DNA of 64,000 bases, taken from positions 85,064,001 through 85,128,000 of the forward strand of contig NC_042999.1 of NCBI RefSeq assembly GCF_006345805.1, in the 5' to 3' direction. Under the pieces are notes generated by a model. The model was not told where the DNA came from and did no database searches. It was given only the letters and a program-made list of their open reading frames with translations. Shown one piece after another: positions 24,400 to 37,375 of this stretch; positions within the stretch are counted from its first letter, which is position 1; every line of letters begins with the position of its first letter. The DNA is from Octopus sinensis. Its lineage: Eukaryota. The position numbers and the translations under genes were made by a program.

Positions 24400-25540
24400 T
24401 TTGAAGTGAATCGAGATGATGGTTTAAACACTCAACTATAGAAATCAACCAACAATAGTTAGCTCCATATCTTCGTTAGCGATGATATTTCCGTGTTTTC
24501 TTCGTGGATATTGTTAAATTCACCTATTTTCAAGATTTTGCTTCCCGATATTTGAAATAAATTGTTGATCACAGAATCGGCAATCAAGCTACGGAGCTGG
24601 TCCTTTTCTCAGATATCCTTTTTAAACTCTTGACTTTATTCATTTCTTTTTCTACGTATTTGATTTCCAATATGACCAACAGCAAGAGCACCGTTTTTAG
24701 ATATTGGCCCCTAGTTCTTGCAGTCATCAACTACATTTTCAAAGATGTCACATCGTTGGATGCTGAAGAAGGGTTGTGATTTTTTTGTTAAAACAAATCA
24801 CGATAAGGCGTGCATCCGTGTGCAGTGCTCTTATATAAGTTCAAAGTACAGGTTTGTTCGGAAATGCTAGTGCTTCGCATCCTGAGTACTTGTCAACACG
24901 ATTGATTATTATTTTTTTTTTCGGTGAAGGGTTGGATTCTGGTCAATTTAGTTTTTACTGGTATATCATCGTTTGTGACATAGTCATCTCATTTGATGTT
25001 CAGTAGCTGACATAGTTTTGCTTTATGAAATCTCTCAAGTCGATGTGTGTGGTGTTGATATGATATCAAAGTCTTACGGTTAGAGCAATATGAAGAGCTC
25101 ACTAGCATATCACAACTACCAACACTTTCGTTTAGTGCCTTGAATTACTTTTGTGAAAGACACAGTATGAGGAAACCTAAAGGATTTGGGGGACAGCTAG
25201 CAGACGGTTAATCATGTCATCTTTGAAAGAGTAGGACGAGGACAAGATACTACCAAAATAAGTGAAGAAGAAAACTTTTCCACTGATATCCCATGAATAG
25301 TAATTTGAAGGGTTTTCTTTCAGCTCCATGTGGATATTGAACATTAGTCTCCTCCGTGTTTTGCTGAATGTGAGGCTAAATATTTTGCAAGTACATCGTA
25401 AATGCTTTGTATATTGGATTCAGTTGAGAATAAAACATTGTCGGTTAGCCTTTTAGCAGCTCTCATATCACGAGTACACGTGCTTGGTATGATTTAAGTT
25501 CTCCTAAGCTAAAGAGTTCTCAATTGTATCTGTATAGAAC
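24400..25540 (-). pseudogene. Highly decayed Penelope-like RT/endonuclease relic
   Basis: Minus-strand fragments FNIHMELKENP (NS.HP.IQFTME.E.N) and TRGQYLKTVL (YIG.T...LK.R). Many stops and frameshifts. Confidence 0.35.
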
Positions 25541-26049
25541 GGTACTCTAATTTTGGATTGACTGTCTTTCGCCTACACAGCAGTCATATAAAATAACAGT
25601 GAAGTGGATGTGAGTACACAAAGTTATTTATATATACACCTTCTCCTCGACTTACGATTGAGTTCCGTTCTGACTGACAGGTTGTCAGTCGATCTGGTCG
25701 GATGTCGGATTTGTATTTTTCAACAGTTTTCATTCAAATGCAACTGGTGCTTGAAAACAACTGAGAGGCAGTGGAAGGCAGTGGGTGCTTAGGTAAAAGG
25801 GAGGTCTGCTTTGCCAAGTGCCAGTTATCGTACGCGCAGCTGCCCAACGCCCGAAAATCGATTTTCTTTCTTTCTTTCTTTATTTATTTATAATTTCCTT
25901 ATTTCTTGTGATCGTAAGTTCGAATAGTTGTAAGTCGCATATGTCGTACGTTCACGAGACTATGAGAAGGATCTTTTCATTGGCAGCCATTGTTATGAAA
26001 ACACGCGAAAGTCGAGGAGTAATCACAGATAACATTAAGGTAAGGATTG

Positions 26050-26455
26050 TTGAAAGTTATTTTTAAAAAGATAATCCTTTCGTTGAGACTCGGGGATCTA
26101 ATACTTCGACCGCGTATGCTCTACAGCAAACTCCATTCTATGGACACGCTTTTCCCTTGAAATTTTCTTGCTAAAAGATAAAGAATCTGAAACTAGCTTT
26201 ACTACTCGACCTTAATCTGCTTGTATAGTCTTAGCTAGCATAGATACAACACTGGATTCAGAAAAACATTCCATCGTTCACAGGCAAGGATATGTGGCCC
26301 TCAAGAAGCCCCGATCTCAACCCGTTGGATTTTTCTGTTAGGTCCATTCTGGAGACGAGGGTCTCGAGCACTCCTCATGCTTCGCTCGATGCTGTGAAGG
26401 TAAAACTGCGCTCGGAATGGGCTTCGATTCCACAAGAACAGCTGCGTTATATGAC
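26050..26455 (+). pseudogene. Tc1/mariner-superfamily transposase C-terminal fragment
   Basis: WIQKNIPSFTGKDMWPSRSPDLNPLDFSVRSILETRVSSTPHASLDAVKVKLRSEWASIPQEQLR contains the diagnostic WP..SPDLNP.D motif. Confidence 0.8.
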
Positions 26456-27095
26456 TTCGTCTGTGTAAGAAATGTTAACCCCAGTGCTTTGTCAGTTAAT
26501 GAACATCAGACAAGTGAAGACGAGGATCATGGTGTATACGACGAGACCATCACAACCGAGGAGTTTTACCAGTTATTTAGTGAAAGTGAGGATGAAAGTG
26601 ATGATAAGTATAACTCGATTCTTCCTTCATTTATTCTTCCGATTTTTGTCACAATGTTTCATACACTTCCTTATAATTTAAAACAGTTATTGTATTTTTT
26701 TCCAACCATAGCACATATGAGTGCATGGTTTTGTATGTCAGTTGCGGCAAAAGTGTCCTAATAATGACAGGCATAAATCAAAAAGTAAAGGGAAGTTATC
26801 GATGTAATTAAGTCTCAATACGATAAACAAATAGACTAGCTTTATCAAGGATAAAATTTTACATTATAAACAACGGTTTCTAAAATGCATGGACTTGTAA
26901 GTCATCTTCAGCTTACTGAAAGCTCGGTTATCGAACAACAGCTATGTCGACGCGATTCCTAATCGAGCTTTGCTCTCAAACATCAACAAATTCGTTGCGA
27001 CTTATAGTCGGGTCAATGACAAAATTCCTGATTTGAACCTTGTAAGTCGGAGGTGCATCTTATAGGCGAGGGCGTTTTATAGTCGAGTATATAGA
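26456..27095 (+). mobile_element. Possible pogo/Tigger-type element 3' end
   Basis: Acidic C-terminus EEFYQLFSESEDESD and repeated gcgacttatagtc / cttataggcg / ttatagtcg subterminal motifs at ~26997-27090. Confidence 0.35.
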
Positions 27096-27096
27096 G

Positions 27097-27243
27097 TACA
27101 TCGACCCCAGTGATCAACTGTACTCTTTTTATCGAACCCGAAAAGATGAAAGGCAAAGTCGACCTCGGCGGAATTTGAACTCAGAATATGAATACCACTA
27201 AATATTTTGCCCGGCATGCTAACGATCCTGCCAGTCGCCACCT
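27097..27243 (-). mobile_element. SINE family B
   Basis: atcgaacccgaaaagatgaaaggcaaagtcgacctcggcggaatttgaactcagaa ... gcccggcatgctaacgatcctgccagtcgccacctt. Confidence 0.85.
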
Positions 27244-27461
27244 TGTACATGTGTATGATATTAACATTTAAAATATTTAGGATCTAAAGAACAGCTAATA
27301 CAAACAAATTGAGAGAGTTAAAAGTCCTCAATATTGAAATCTTATGAATAGGGATAATTAGAATTTGACTTCTAAATTTGTATGAGTATACATATACATA
27401 CCCACTCATGCATTCACACACACACACACACACACTTGCACACACACACACATACACACAC

Positions 27462-27501
<40 letters not shown>

Positions 27502-27543
27502 AAACACTCGTATCCATGTATTTGCTTATATGTAGTTATATGC

Positions 27544-27584
<41 letters not shown>

Positions 27585-28424
27585 TATACGCAGATACATA
27601 TACACACACGTTTACATACACATACGAACACATTGCACTCTCCTACACTTAGTTAAACCTATCTAAGAAATCAATATTGAAAGAAGATAGAGTTTCAAAG
27701 AAATGGTTAGGATTCAGTAGCCATCATCTCTTGTAGAAATGCAGTTTTCTGCTATAATATGTTCCTCCCCTCAAAACGCTTATTCACTTGTTAATGTGGA
27801 AACAAAGTTCACATGCACGTAGTAATGTATAAGTTTTTGTATACACATGCACACATATAACATTTACTTGAATCTGAGGTAGCACACCATTACTACGTCA
27901 ATTTTCCTGTTATTAACGTGTCCCTTGGGGTATTTTAAGGTGATAACGACAGGAAAGTTAGAGTAGTGACAATGTAACCATGTCTTCCAGTAGATAAATA
28001 GTGCACTTTTTATGTTGTATGTTTGTTCACTTTATGTCATAAACTCTAGCTACCTAAGTTGCTGCACCTATCCATTTGTCTTCTTGGGATATAAGCCTAA
28101 GCGACCAGCTCCAAAACTATCCCCTATTCACCTCCGAAATATTTTCTTTACAAGCTCATTACCAGTGCTGTGCCTGGATGAGGCGTCTTTCCATATTACC
28201 TCTTGTATGCAGTGAACCTATATCATTTCTGTTTTATATTATCAACGACGTACACCTTTACATATATTCAGTAATATTATGAATGATTTCTTAAATTAGC
28301 ATACTGCCACGAATGTGAAAGGTAGGGAATAAACAATTCGATTAAGCTCAGGATATGATTGGTACTTTATAGATTCAAGACGTTTCTGAACTCAAACTGT
28401 AATGGTATGAATGGAATTAATTAG

Positions 28425-28950
28425 TATCGAAAGCATTTGAAAAAGCTTAGTATGATAGTCTTCCTCACAAGCCTAAGCCATGCGGAATTTTTAGTACGAT
28501 CGTTGGCAATCTTGGAGCTTTTCTGGATAACTATAGTATTAAGAATATTCTAAATAGCCATCATTTTTTACTTACTCAGTTCAGCTGGTGAAATAGTTAT
28601 ATTCCTGATCCAATCAGGTTCATAGTTTTCATTAATGATTTTCTGGATGTTATGATGTCTGATTTTATCATGTTTGCTAACGATACAAATTTGTATTCTT
28701 GCAAAATTGAGGAATTTGATTTCTATCATTGGATGAAAGTGACTGGTAAACTTGAGCTTGACCTGCATTCAGTGACGCTGAGATCTTAGGTGGTTGATTC
28801 AAATCAGCAAAGTCTAAATTTCTTTCCATTCACAGCTACAAGAACTCGGATAACATTTCTGTTTCTATCTCTGATATAGTTCTTGAGTTTTCTAGTCTTA
28901 ATGTTTTATGCTTAATATTTTCCAAAGACGTAGAAAACAGGTAATAACTT
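28425..28950 (+). pseudogene. CR1/L2-like LINE reverse transcriptase relic
   Basis: ISKAFEKA*YDSLPHK..PCGI..., PIRFIVFINDFLDVMMSDFIMFANDTNLYSC...LELDL: RT motifs KAFD, L.F.IND and FADD in the correct order. Confidence 0.7.
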
Positions 28951-30073
28951 GCTTAAACTCCTAAAATCTAACAGCAAATGTTAACCGCATCATATTTCAA
29001 AACAATACATACATGTAATCAGTAGTTGCCTGAGATATCATTACAGATGATATTCTTAGTTAAACAATATACAATACTATCCTTACAGTAGCCTTAGATT
29101 AAATATTAAAATTTCGACTATGTTGAGAACATTTACATATTCCAACACAAAGACTTGGTATAACTTTACCACAAAAACCTCCACCGTGTAAAAACAGGCC
29201 TGGCGCTATCGTACGAGTTTTAAAAAGCAGTATTGTACTCTTGGAGAAGTTTGTTTCCTAAGTGATGTGAATATTTCATTGAAAACCAGAGAGAGTACAT
29301 TAATGAACGACAGCCTTGTAACTTACAACTTATTTGCCCTAATTATAAATCAACATTTCTTACAGCAACTATTGCCAATTTTTTTTAAGCAATAATCATA
29401 AAAAATTGAATATTCCAAGCTAAAAAAAATTGTTCAATTCAAGCAAAACAGTGGAAGTTTGCTATACTTTTTTAAAGTTCAACATTCAACTATATAAAAT
29501 TGTCCATGTTTAAATTCTGTTGTGATTTATTTAACACCTCTGCATGCAGAGATACATAGGTTAAATAACACCATAGGAAAAATGCTTTTGATAAAGGCAT
29601 TGGAAGCAAAATCTCTTTTTCCTGCTCCTGCTTCACTTTAAATCTTGGGCTTTGTGCCATACCTAAGAAATCATTATTAGCTGCGGATTGTATGTAGCTC
29701 AGCCAAACATCACAAAGTCTGCAATAGTGTGATGACTAATCGATATCACTTTATCACAACTATCATGACTACAAAAACCACAATAAGCTTCATCACCGCT
29801 TTATTACAGCCAACATGTCTACAAAGTTACAATTATTACCATCGTCACACACTTTTACTACTACCGTTATGCCATAACCAACACCATTATCAATGCCACT
29901 TCTAGCGGCAAAGATGCAAGAATTACAACTACTAACGCTGCTGCCGTCTTTGCTGTCACCAGGTCAAGTACCTACCAGTTACAATCACACCAATATTAGC
30001 ACTGCTTTGGTTAACACTAGCAACACCAACAACTGGAGACTGTTGGTAAAAGAATACAACAAATAATATGAGT

Positions 30074-30133
30074 TGAACGAGAAGCACATCCAGCCATATA
30101 TATATATATATGGCTGGATGTGCTTCTCGTTCA
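30074..30133. repeat. Perfect 60-bp palindrome centred on (TA)7
   Basis: tgaacgagaagcacatccagcca-(ta)7-tggctggatgtgcttctcgttca. Confidence 0.95.
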
Positions 30134-30176
30134 GCTTTAAATTGACTTCATAACTTTAAATTGAATAGAAGATATG

Positions 30177-30230
30177 AAATCCACCTGATGAATGTCATTT
30201 GAAGACAGGAAACAATTGTAGTGGCGATTT
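30177..30230 (+). ncRNA. Minimal type I hammerhead ribozyme
   Basis: Stem I ccac/gtgg (extendable aaat/attt), CTGATGA, stem II tgtc-atttgaa-gaca (closing 10.1-11.1 pair is A-G), GAAAC-AATT-GTA with palindromic stem III, GUA cleavage triplet at 30218-30220. Confidence 0.75.
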
Positions 30231-30335
30231 ATTACTTTATATTAAAATTTTTTATGTATTGATTAAGTCTTTCCTTGTTTGATTTACAAAATAGTGGTTT
30301 TGTCTCTAATTAATATTATATATATATATATATAT

Positions 30336-30367
<32 letters not shown>

Positions 30368-30459
30368 ATATAATATATATATATTCTTCTTTTATACATT
30401 TCAGCCTTATATATGTGTATATATATGTGTGTGTTTGTGTGTGCATGCATGTATGTATG

Positions 30460-30578
<119 letters not shown>

Positions 30579-30927
30579 TGTATGTATATAAGTATATGTA
30601 TGCACATATACGTATATATGGGGGAAAAATAAGTTCAAAAGAGAACAATTCAAATTTTCTGAGAGATCTGAAAAAAGAGAAAGAATGATTTCTAATAAAG
30701 ATTCATCGTATGGCGGTGCCCCAGCATGCCCACAGCTCGTGAGCTGAAACTAGATGAAATGAAAAAAGAATTTAAATATTCATAAAAAAAACAGCCAGAG
30801 CAAGTGATAAGAATATGAAAATAGTAGTTGAAAAATATCATTATAGGTATAAAAATATCATAAACAATTATAGAAAAATGGAGGAGAGAAAGATGTTGAA
30901 TCAAAATTAGATTTAATACAAAATAGG

Positions 30928-31001
30928 ATTCAATACACACGCGCGTTTCAAAAGACAATACATATTTGTATTGTCCTTTGAAACGCGCGTATGTATTGAA
31001 T
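30928..31001. repeat. Fold-back, 35-bp arms, containing a hammerhead 3' half
   Basis: attcaatacacacgcgcgtttcaaaagacaataca-tatt-tgtattgtcctttGAAACGCGCGTAtgtattgaat; 2 mismatches between the arms. Confidence 0.9.
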
Positions 31002-31009
31002 TCTATTTA

Positions 31010-31125
31010 CGTCCTCGTAACTTAGCGGTTCGGCAAAAGAGACCGATAGAATAAGTACTAGGCTTACAAAGAATAAGTCCTGAGGTCGATTTGCTCGACT
31101 AAAGACGGTGCTCCGGCATGGCGTA
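31010..31125 (+). mobile_element. SINE family A 3' portion
   Basis: Near-identical to 1677-1750. Confidence 0.8.
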
Positions 31126-31388
31126 GAAAAAAGACTGAAACGAATAAAAGAGTAAAAGAGAATATAAAAAAAGGTATATACATACTTACAGACATTTTGT
31201 TGGATGGGCGTTGACTGTTCAGGAGTTCATCCACCCTTTGACAGGTCATATTTGTTATCCCGTAGGGTGTCCAACAACACCCTCCTCATCAATCAAGCCT
31301 GATGGGATTGCCAGTTTAGTCGCCGACGACCTGACCATGCGACAGGTTGTAGCGGATTACATGTTACCAATAGCATACAAGAGCGACC

Positions 31389-31477
<89 letters not shown>

Positions 31478-31499
31478 AAAAGTCAAGATAGAAAATGCT

Positions 31500-34400
31500 A
31501 AAATTATTTTATAAAATCATTTCAGTACCGGTTTTAGTCATTGAGACTTTTTCTACTGTAAGTATGGAAGACAATTAAATTTTGGAAAAATTAAAAGAAA
31601 AGTTTTTTAAAAGAATATTTGCGTAGTAATCAAATATAAGGGGCATTTTCCTCGTTTCTGCCTGTCTCTGTCTCTCTTGTTTACTCATGTGGTTTCGAGG
31701 TCGTTTTGAATTCTTGGCAGGGAAGAAGAAGAAGAAGAAGAAGAAGAAGAAGAAGAAGAAGAAGAAGAAGAAGAAGAAGAAGAAGAAGAAGAAGAAGAAG
31801 AAGAAGAAGAAGAAGGAGAAGGAGGAGGAGGAGAATGTGGGAGTGCCATGATAGTAGTAGGATGTTAAATCGTCAAGTGCTCTGAAAGTGACTTGATGTG
31901 AATGGTAGTAGTGATTGAATTCTTGAGACATCTCTTTTGAATGTCTTGTTTATAAAATTTGCGTAGCTTTTATTCTAAACAGCAATAGTGGTAAAGTAAG
32001 GAAGGAGGTGGTGGAGAGGAAAAAGACGAAGAAGAAGGAGAAAGAGAAGGGAGAATAAGAAGGAATGTAGGTGGTATGATAGTAATAGGATGTTAAATGG
32101 TCTAGTAACCTAAAGGTGGTTCGTTATGGATTATAGCAGTGATTGGGACTGTTTATAATGAATTCTTGGGTATCTCTTGAATGTATCATCTTTAATATTT
32201 GCGTGTGTTTGTATTATTCTAAGGCTGTGGTGGATATGTCGTTTATTGTAGATGCGTTCAAAAGGGGTCTGTATTTTGTAATAAAGAGAGTCTCTTTACT
32301 AATTCGTTGGCTACAGGTCGTATCATCCCTGAATTGGTAGAGGGAAGAAATTCTGAAGCTTGGATTTTTTGTTATTGGCGCAAATGTCGATGTGTTGGCT
32401 GTATGCTATTTTTCTGTTTCGGGGTATGTTGATCTGGGATCTGTGCAGAGCCATCCTTTGACGTAGACTGTTCTTTGCTTGACCTATGTATTGCTCTTGA
32501 CACCCAGAGCAGGTTAGTGCGTATGTGAAGTTGCTTTTCACTGTGAAACGTTGTCCCTGTTTGAAGAACTCTGATCCCTCAATTAAATTGCCGCATATCC
32601 CATAGTTGGGTCTTTCGCATTTAGTTACTGTCGGCTTCTGTGTTGTTGTTGAGCGTATTCGGGCTTGTGTTAGGAGACTTTTCATAGATTTGGGTTGTCT
32701 CTTGTTTTTTATGATCGTGTGTGTTTGGAGGATTAATTTCATTCTGTGGTCCTTTTTTAGCAAGGGAATGTTTTGAAGGATGGTGTAGAAGGTTTCATTG
32801 TTAAGAGGGTTGTATGTGGAGATATATGGTAGGGCTTTTGGTTGTAAATCCTTGTCTCTAGTGTTTGCATTAGAAACTATAATACATATCCTTTTTGCTA
32901 GGCTGGAGGGGATATCGTTCTGGTGTGTCTGGGGTGGCATGAGTTGAATGGTAGATATTGCTTGGAGCCCGTGGGCTTATAGTATATATCTGTTTCTATA
33001 ACGTTGTTAGATTTCTTAATGAGGATGTCGAGGAAGGGAAGTTGTTGATGGTTATATTCCATCATGAATTGAATGTTTACGTCAAGTCCAATTATAAGTG
33101 TTTGGATTTCTTTAAGTCTCTCTATATTTTAATGCCAAAGAATGAAACAGTCATCTAGGTATCTCTTCCAGTTATTTTCTATTTAGAGGGAGTATGGGCT
33201 GCTGTATTTTCTAGAACCTTACGATAAAGACTAATTTCTAGATATCCCATGACTAGGTTGGCAAAGGAGGGGGCCATTCTCGAACCCATCGCAGTCCCCG
33301 ATTTTTATCGATAGAAGTTGTCTTTGAAGACGAAGTAGTTATTTTCCACGATGAATTTTAGCCCTTCTATCACGAATTCTTTTTTGATGCGATGTGGGAG
33401 TTCGTTGGCGTGATTCTCTAGCCAGAATTGAATTGCCTCTGTTCCTAGGTTGTGGGGGATATTGGAATAGAGGTTGACTACATCAAAGGATACTAGTAGG
33501 GTGCTTTTGTTTATTGTTTCAGGAAGGTGATTGAGCCTATCCAGGTCGTCCCTTATATAGCTTTTGACATGTTTGAGGAGTGGTTTTAAGAAGATATCTA
33601 CAAAGTTACTGAGGCGGTGGGTTTCGCATGCGGGACCTGCTATTATAGGTCTTAATTTGAGGTCATTAGGATTAGGGACTTTAATTATTTTGTCTAGGCT
33701 ATCTTGCATGCATTACTTATTTTCTTACTTTTGTGTATCTTTGGAATACCGTAGAATTGACTGGTTTTACTTTTCAAATTGGTCATATAGTCATATTCTT
33801 TGTCGGTGAGCCCTTCTCTGTATAGGTTTAACATGGATTTTAGTTCTCTCATTATTTTCTGCTGACTGTAGTGTTGGGCTTTTTCATAATAGGTTGTGTC
33901 TTCCAATATGGATAGTACTAGAGTTATATAGAATACTGTGTCCATTAAGACAACTGCACTCCATTTATCAGCCTCTTTGATTGTTATTGATTTGTCGTCC
34001 TTTTTTTGCTGAAGTTTGATTTGTGTTTTTGTCAGTGCATATGTTGATATGGGTAATTCGAGATGTGTTCACAGAAATGATCAAAAGTTTTGTTCTTACC
34101 TTTTGAGGGGGTGTAGTTACTTCTGTTTCGGACCAACGATTCATCCTCGTTTTATTTGTCGTATAGCTCCTCAGCGAGTCGTAATTTTCTACAGAATTCA
34201 GCGATGCCTTCTTTCATTTCATTGCAGTTGGGGCGTTGTAGGGTGGGTGTAAACTTTAGCCCTTTGCAGAGTATATTGACTTGGTTTGCTGTCAGTTCTT
34301 TGTGAGTTAGATTGATAATTTTTATCACTTCTGGTTCCTCTTGTCTGTTTGGTGATATCTTGTGTCTCTGTGTTTACGTATTGGGTCTAGAAAATGATTG

Positions 34401-34620
34401 CAGTGGTTGGGACGGTAACTATTATGTACTTGTTCCTTGTTTTTGCGGGATGCCCTGTTGTGATTAATGGTGTGAATTCTTGGAACAGTATTGAAAAGTG
34501 TGTCCCGATATCCCATGTTCGGATGTGGTGTTTTAGTGGGCCGTCGTTGGTAATTAATGCATGTGGTACGGGTTTGTTGTGCATGGTTTTTTCCATATAT
34601 GTCAACTCGTGTGTTCCTTT
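31500..34620 (-). mobile_element. Near full-length Penelope-like retroelement (pseudogenised RT + GIY-YIG endonuclease) with 3' pseudo-LTR
   Basis: Colinear minus-strand pieces: IINLTHKELTANQVNILCKGLKFTPT, FYGIPKIHK, KLRPIIAGP...LLVSFDVVNLYSNIPH, GTAMGSRMAPSFANL, WKRYLDDCFI, YALTCSGCQEQYIGQAKNSLRQRMALH, KETLFITKYRPLLN. Frameshifts and stops present, (TA)n at both ends, decayed hammerhead at 31523-31560. Confidence 0.92.
31723..31830. repeat. (GAA)n microsatellite inside the PLE 3' region
   Basis: Direct reading. Confidence 0.95.
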
Positions 34621-34632
34621 TCAACCTTCTAC

Positions 34633-34690
<58 letters not shown>

Positions 34691-34691
34691 T

Positions 34692-34737
<46 letters not shown>

Positions 34738-34739
<2 letters not shown>

Positions 34740-34880
34740 TTAAAAAATAGGATAAAATCTTAATAAGAAATCTTAACAAGAAATTACCGGGTAGTTAGCG
34801 TGAAAAACCTCATAAGAGAAAAAAAACTGTAATTTTTTTTCTTTGAAAATCTTATTAAGAGTTTATCCTATTTTTTAAAT
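34738..34880. repeat. 31-bp inverted repeat (34738-34768 / 34850-34880), 81-bp spacer
   Basis: atttaaaaaataggataaa(a/c)tcttaataaga, one mismatch. Confidence 0.85.
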
Positions 34881-35234
34881 TTTTTTCGAAAAAGCACGTT
34901 GTCTCCTGAAGCGCAATTCAAAAGAGCCCGCCATTTACATAAATGTATGATGGGTAAACATTTCCTTATGCTACGATGACGGCTACGGTTGTCCGCCTGG
35001 AATGATGCTTTTGTTTATTTATGATATATTTTGGATTCGCTTCACTGAAGAGCAAGGGACGCGTATAACGTGTTAATTGAGAAATCACAGGTGATATGGA
35101 GCTAAATTCTGTTTTTAAATGACTCGCTTTGAGAATTGCATTCCGTACAATGTGTTTATATTTGGTAGTTATGACTTTAAGAGTCCCTCCTAGCGTGTGG
35201 CATTTATGTGTAATAATGCCCTCTATACAATATG

Positions 35235-35286
<52 letters not shown>

Positions 35287-35615
35287 ATATGTATGTATAT
35301 ATATATATATATGTATATGTATATGTACATATATGTATATATATATGCAAATATATATATATATGTATATATATGTATATATGTATATATATGTATATGT
35401 ATATATATGTATATGTATATAAATATGTATATGTATATATATATGTATATATATATATGTATATATGTATGTATATGTATATGCATATATATGTATATGT
35501 ATATATAGATACATGTGTGTATATATATATGTGTATATATATATATACATATACATATACATATAAGCATACATATATACATATATATATATACATATAC
35601 ATATATATATATATA

Positions 35616-35759
35616 CATAAAGGGTTTAACTTTATGGCGTTTCGTCAGACCTCAAAACGTGTTGGCCAAAGGCCTCTTTAAAATATGGAGGGGAAAGGCA
35701 CAGTTACGAATGTAAGTAAGGGGATTTTCTCCTTTCGTCATTGGCTATTGACTATATAC
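35616..35759. repeat. ~143-bp element, inverted relative to 38933-39074
   Basis: About 10 differences by eye from the reverse complement of 38933-39074. Confidence 0.9.
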
Positions 35760-37332
35760 AATCTGCCAATCTAGCCAATCTGTGGCGGAACTCACTGGAT
35801 GCTGGATATATACCAGAAGACCTTCTATCCCAGTCTGTTGTCCCAGTTTTCAAAAAAGGAAACAAATCGCTTGCCGTGAATTACCGTCCAATCTCACTCA
35901 CCTCTCATATCATCAAGGTATTTGAGAGGGTGCTGAGATCGCGTATGACTCACTTCCTTGAGAGTCATAATATGCTGAACCCCAACCAGCATGGATTCCG
36001 TAATGGGAGAGATTGCCTGACGCAGCTACTGCATCATTTTGATGACATTTTGAGAGCCTTGGGAGAGGGTTCCAACACTGATGTCATCTACCTTGATTTC
36101 AGCAAGGCCTTTGACAGGGTTGATCATAAGATCCTTCTGAGAAAGCTGTCCAATATTGGTGTCACTGGAAAGCTGCTGCAATGGATCAAGTGCTTCCTCT
36201 CTAACAGAACCCAACATGTTGTAGTCGAGGGAGTCAAATCCAGCCCAGCCAAAGTCAGCAGTAGTGTCCCACAAGGCACTGCGTTGGGCCCACTTCTCTT
36301 CATCATCTACATAAATGATATTACTGACACCATCAAACACAGCAACATCAGAACCTTCGCTGATGATTCCAAGCTCCAGAAGGTCATCAATGGCGTGGAT
36401 GACCGAATAAACCTTCAGTCAGACCTACTGGCTGTTGTCCAATGGGCGGAAAAGAATAACATGTTGCTAAATGAAGACAAATTCGAACTGATCCACTTTG
36501 GAAGGGAGGACGCTCTGAAACTCCCATACTCTCTTCCTTCTGGAGAAATTCTCATGGCATCCAACAACATCAGAGACCTGGGAGTAACAGTGGACAACAA
36601 CATAAGCTGGGCTACACATATAAGCAGCAAAGTTGACATGCCCGCAGAATGTGTTCCTGGATTCTCAGAACCTTCCAGTCGAGAGATTCCCACGCTATTA
36701 TCCTTCTCTTCTTCTTCTTTTGCCCGACCCCACCTTGAATACTGCTGTCCACTGTGGTCTCCCTACACAAAACAAAATATTATGAGAATTGAAGCTCCCC
36801 AAAGGTCAATCACAAAAAAGATAGATGGCATGTCAGACCTTGACTACTGGGGTAGACTAGAGAAGCTGAAATTGTATTCACTCCAACGACGCCGTGAACG
36901 CTACACATTATCTGTATGATGTGGAAAATATTCCATCAGCACTGTCCGAATGATGTTGGCATCACCTTCAAAATGCATCCAAGGCTTGGACCACGTGCCA
37001 TCCGTCCACAACAAAAATCTAAATCGCATCACATAACGACAATACGGCACAACTATTTCACCTCATTTGGACCTGCTCTCTTCAACATTACACCAGGACA
37101 CGTCAAAAAAGAAACTGACCACACAAAATTCAAGAAGTCTTTGGACAAATTCCTTCAAACAGTACCGGACAAACCACCCACACCCGGATATGTCTCCGCA
37201 AACAATAACTCTCTGCTCGAATGGGCCTTGGTGCCCAAATCCTGAACTGAAAGACTTCGCCAGGTGGTGCTATTAAGTTAGACATGGCCTGGGCCAATAC
37301 TGGCCAAAAACCTTTCTAAGTTATTCTAAGTT
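35760..37332 (+). mobile_element. 5'-truncated CR1-clade LINE (RT and C-terminus, 3' UTR, (TTCTAAG)-type tail)
   Basis: NYRPISLTSHIIKVFER, QHGFRNGRDCLTQL, YLDFSKAFDRVDH, VPQGTALGPLLFIIYINDI, FADDSKL, RPHLEYCCPLWSP. Continues after a frameshift into ORF 36916-37245. Ends ttctaagttattctaagtta. Confidence 0.92.
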
Positions 37333-37343
37333 ACATACATATA

Positions 37344-37375
<32 letters not shown>

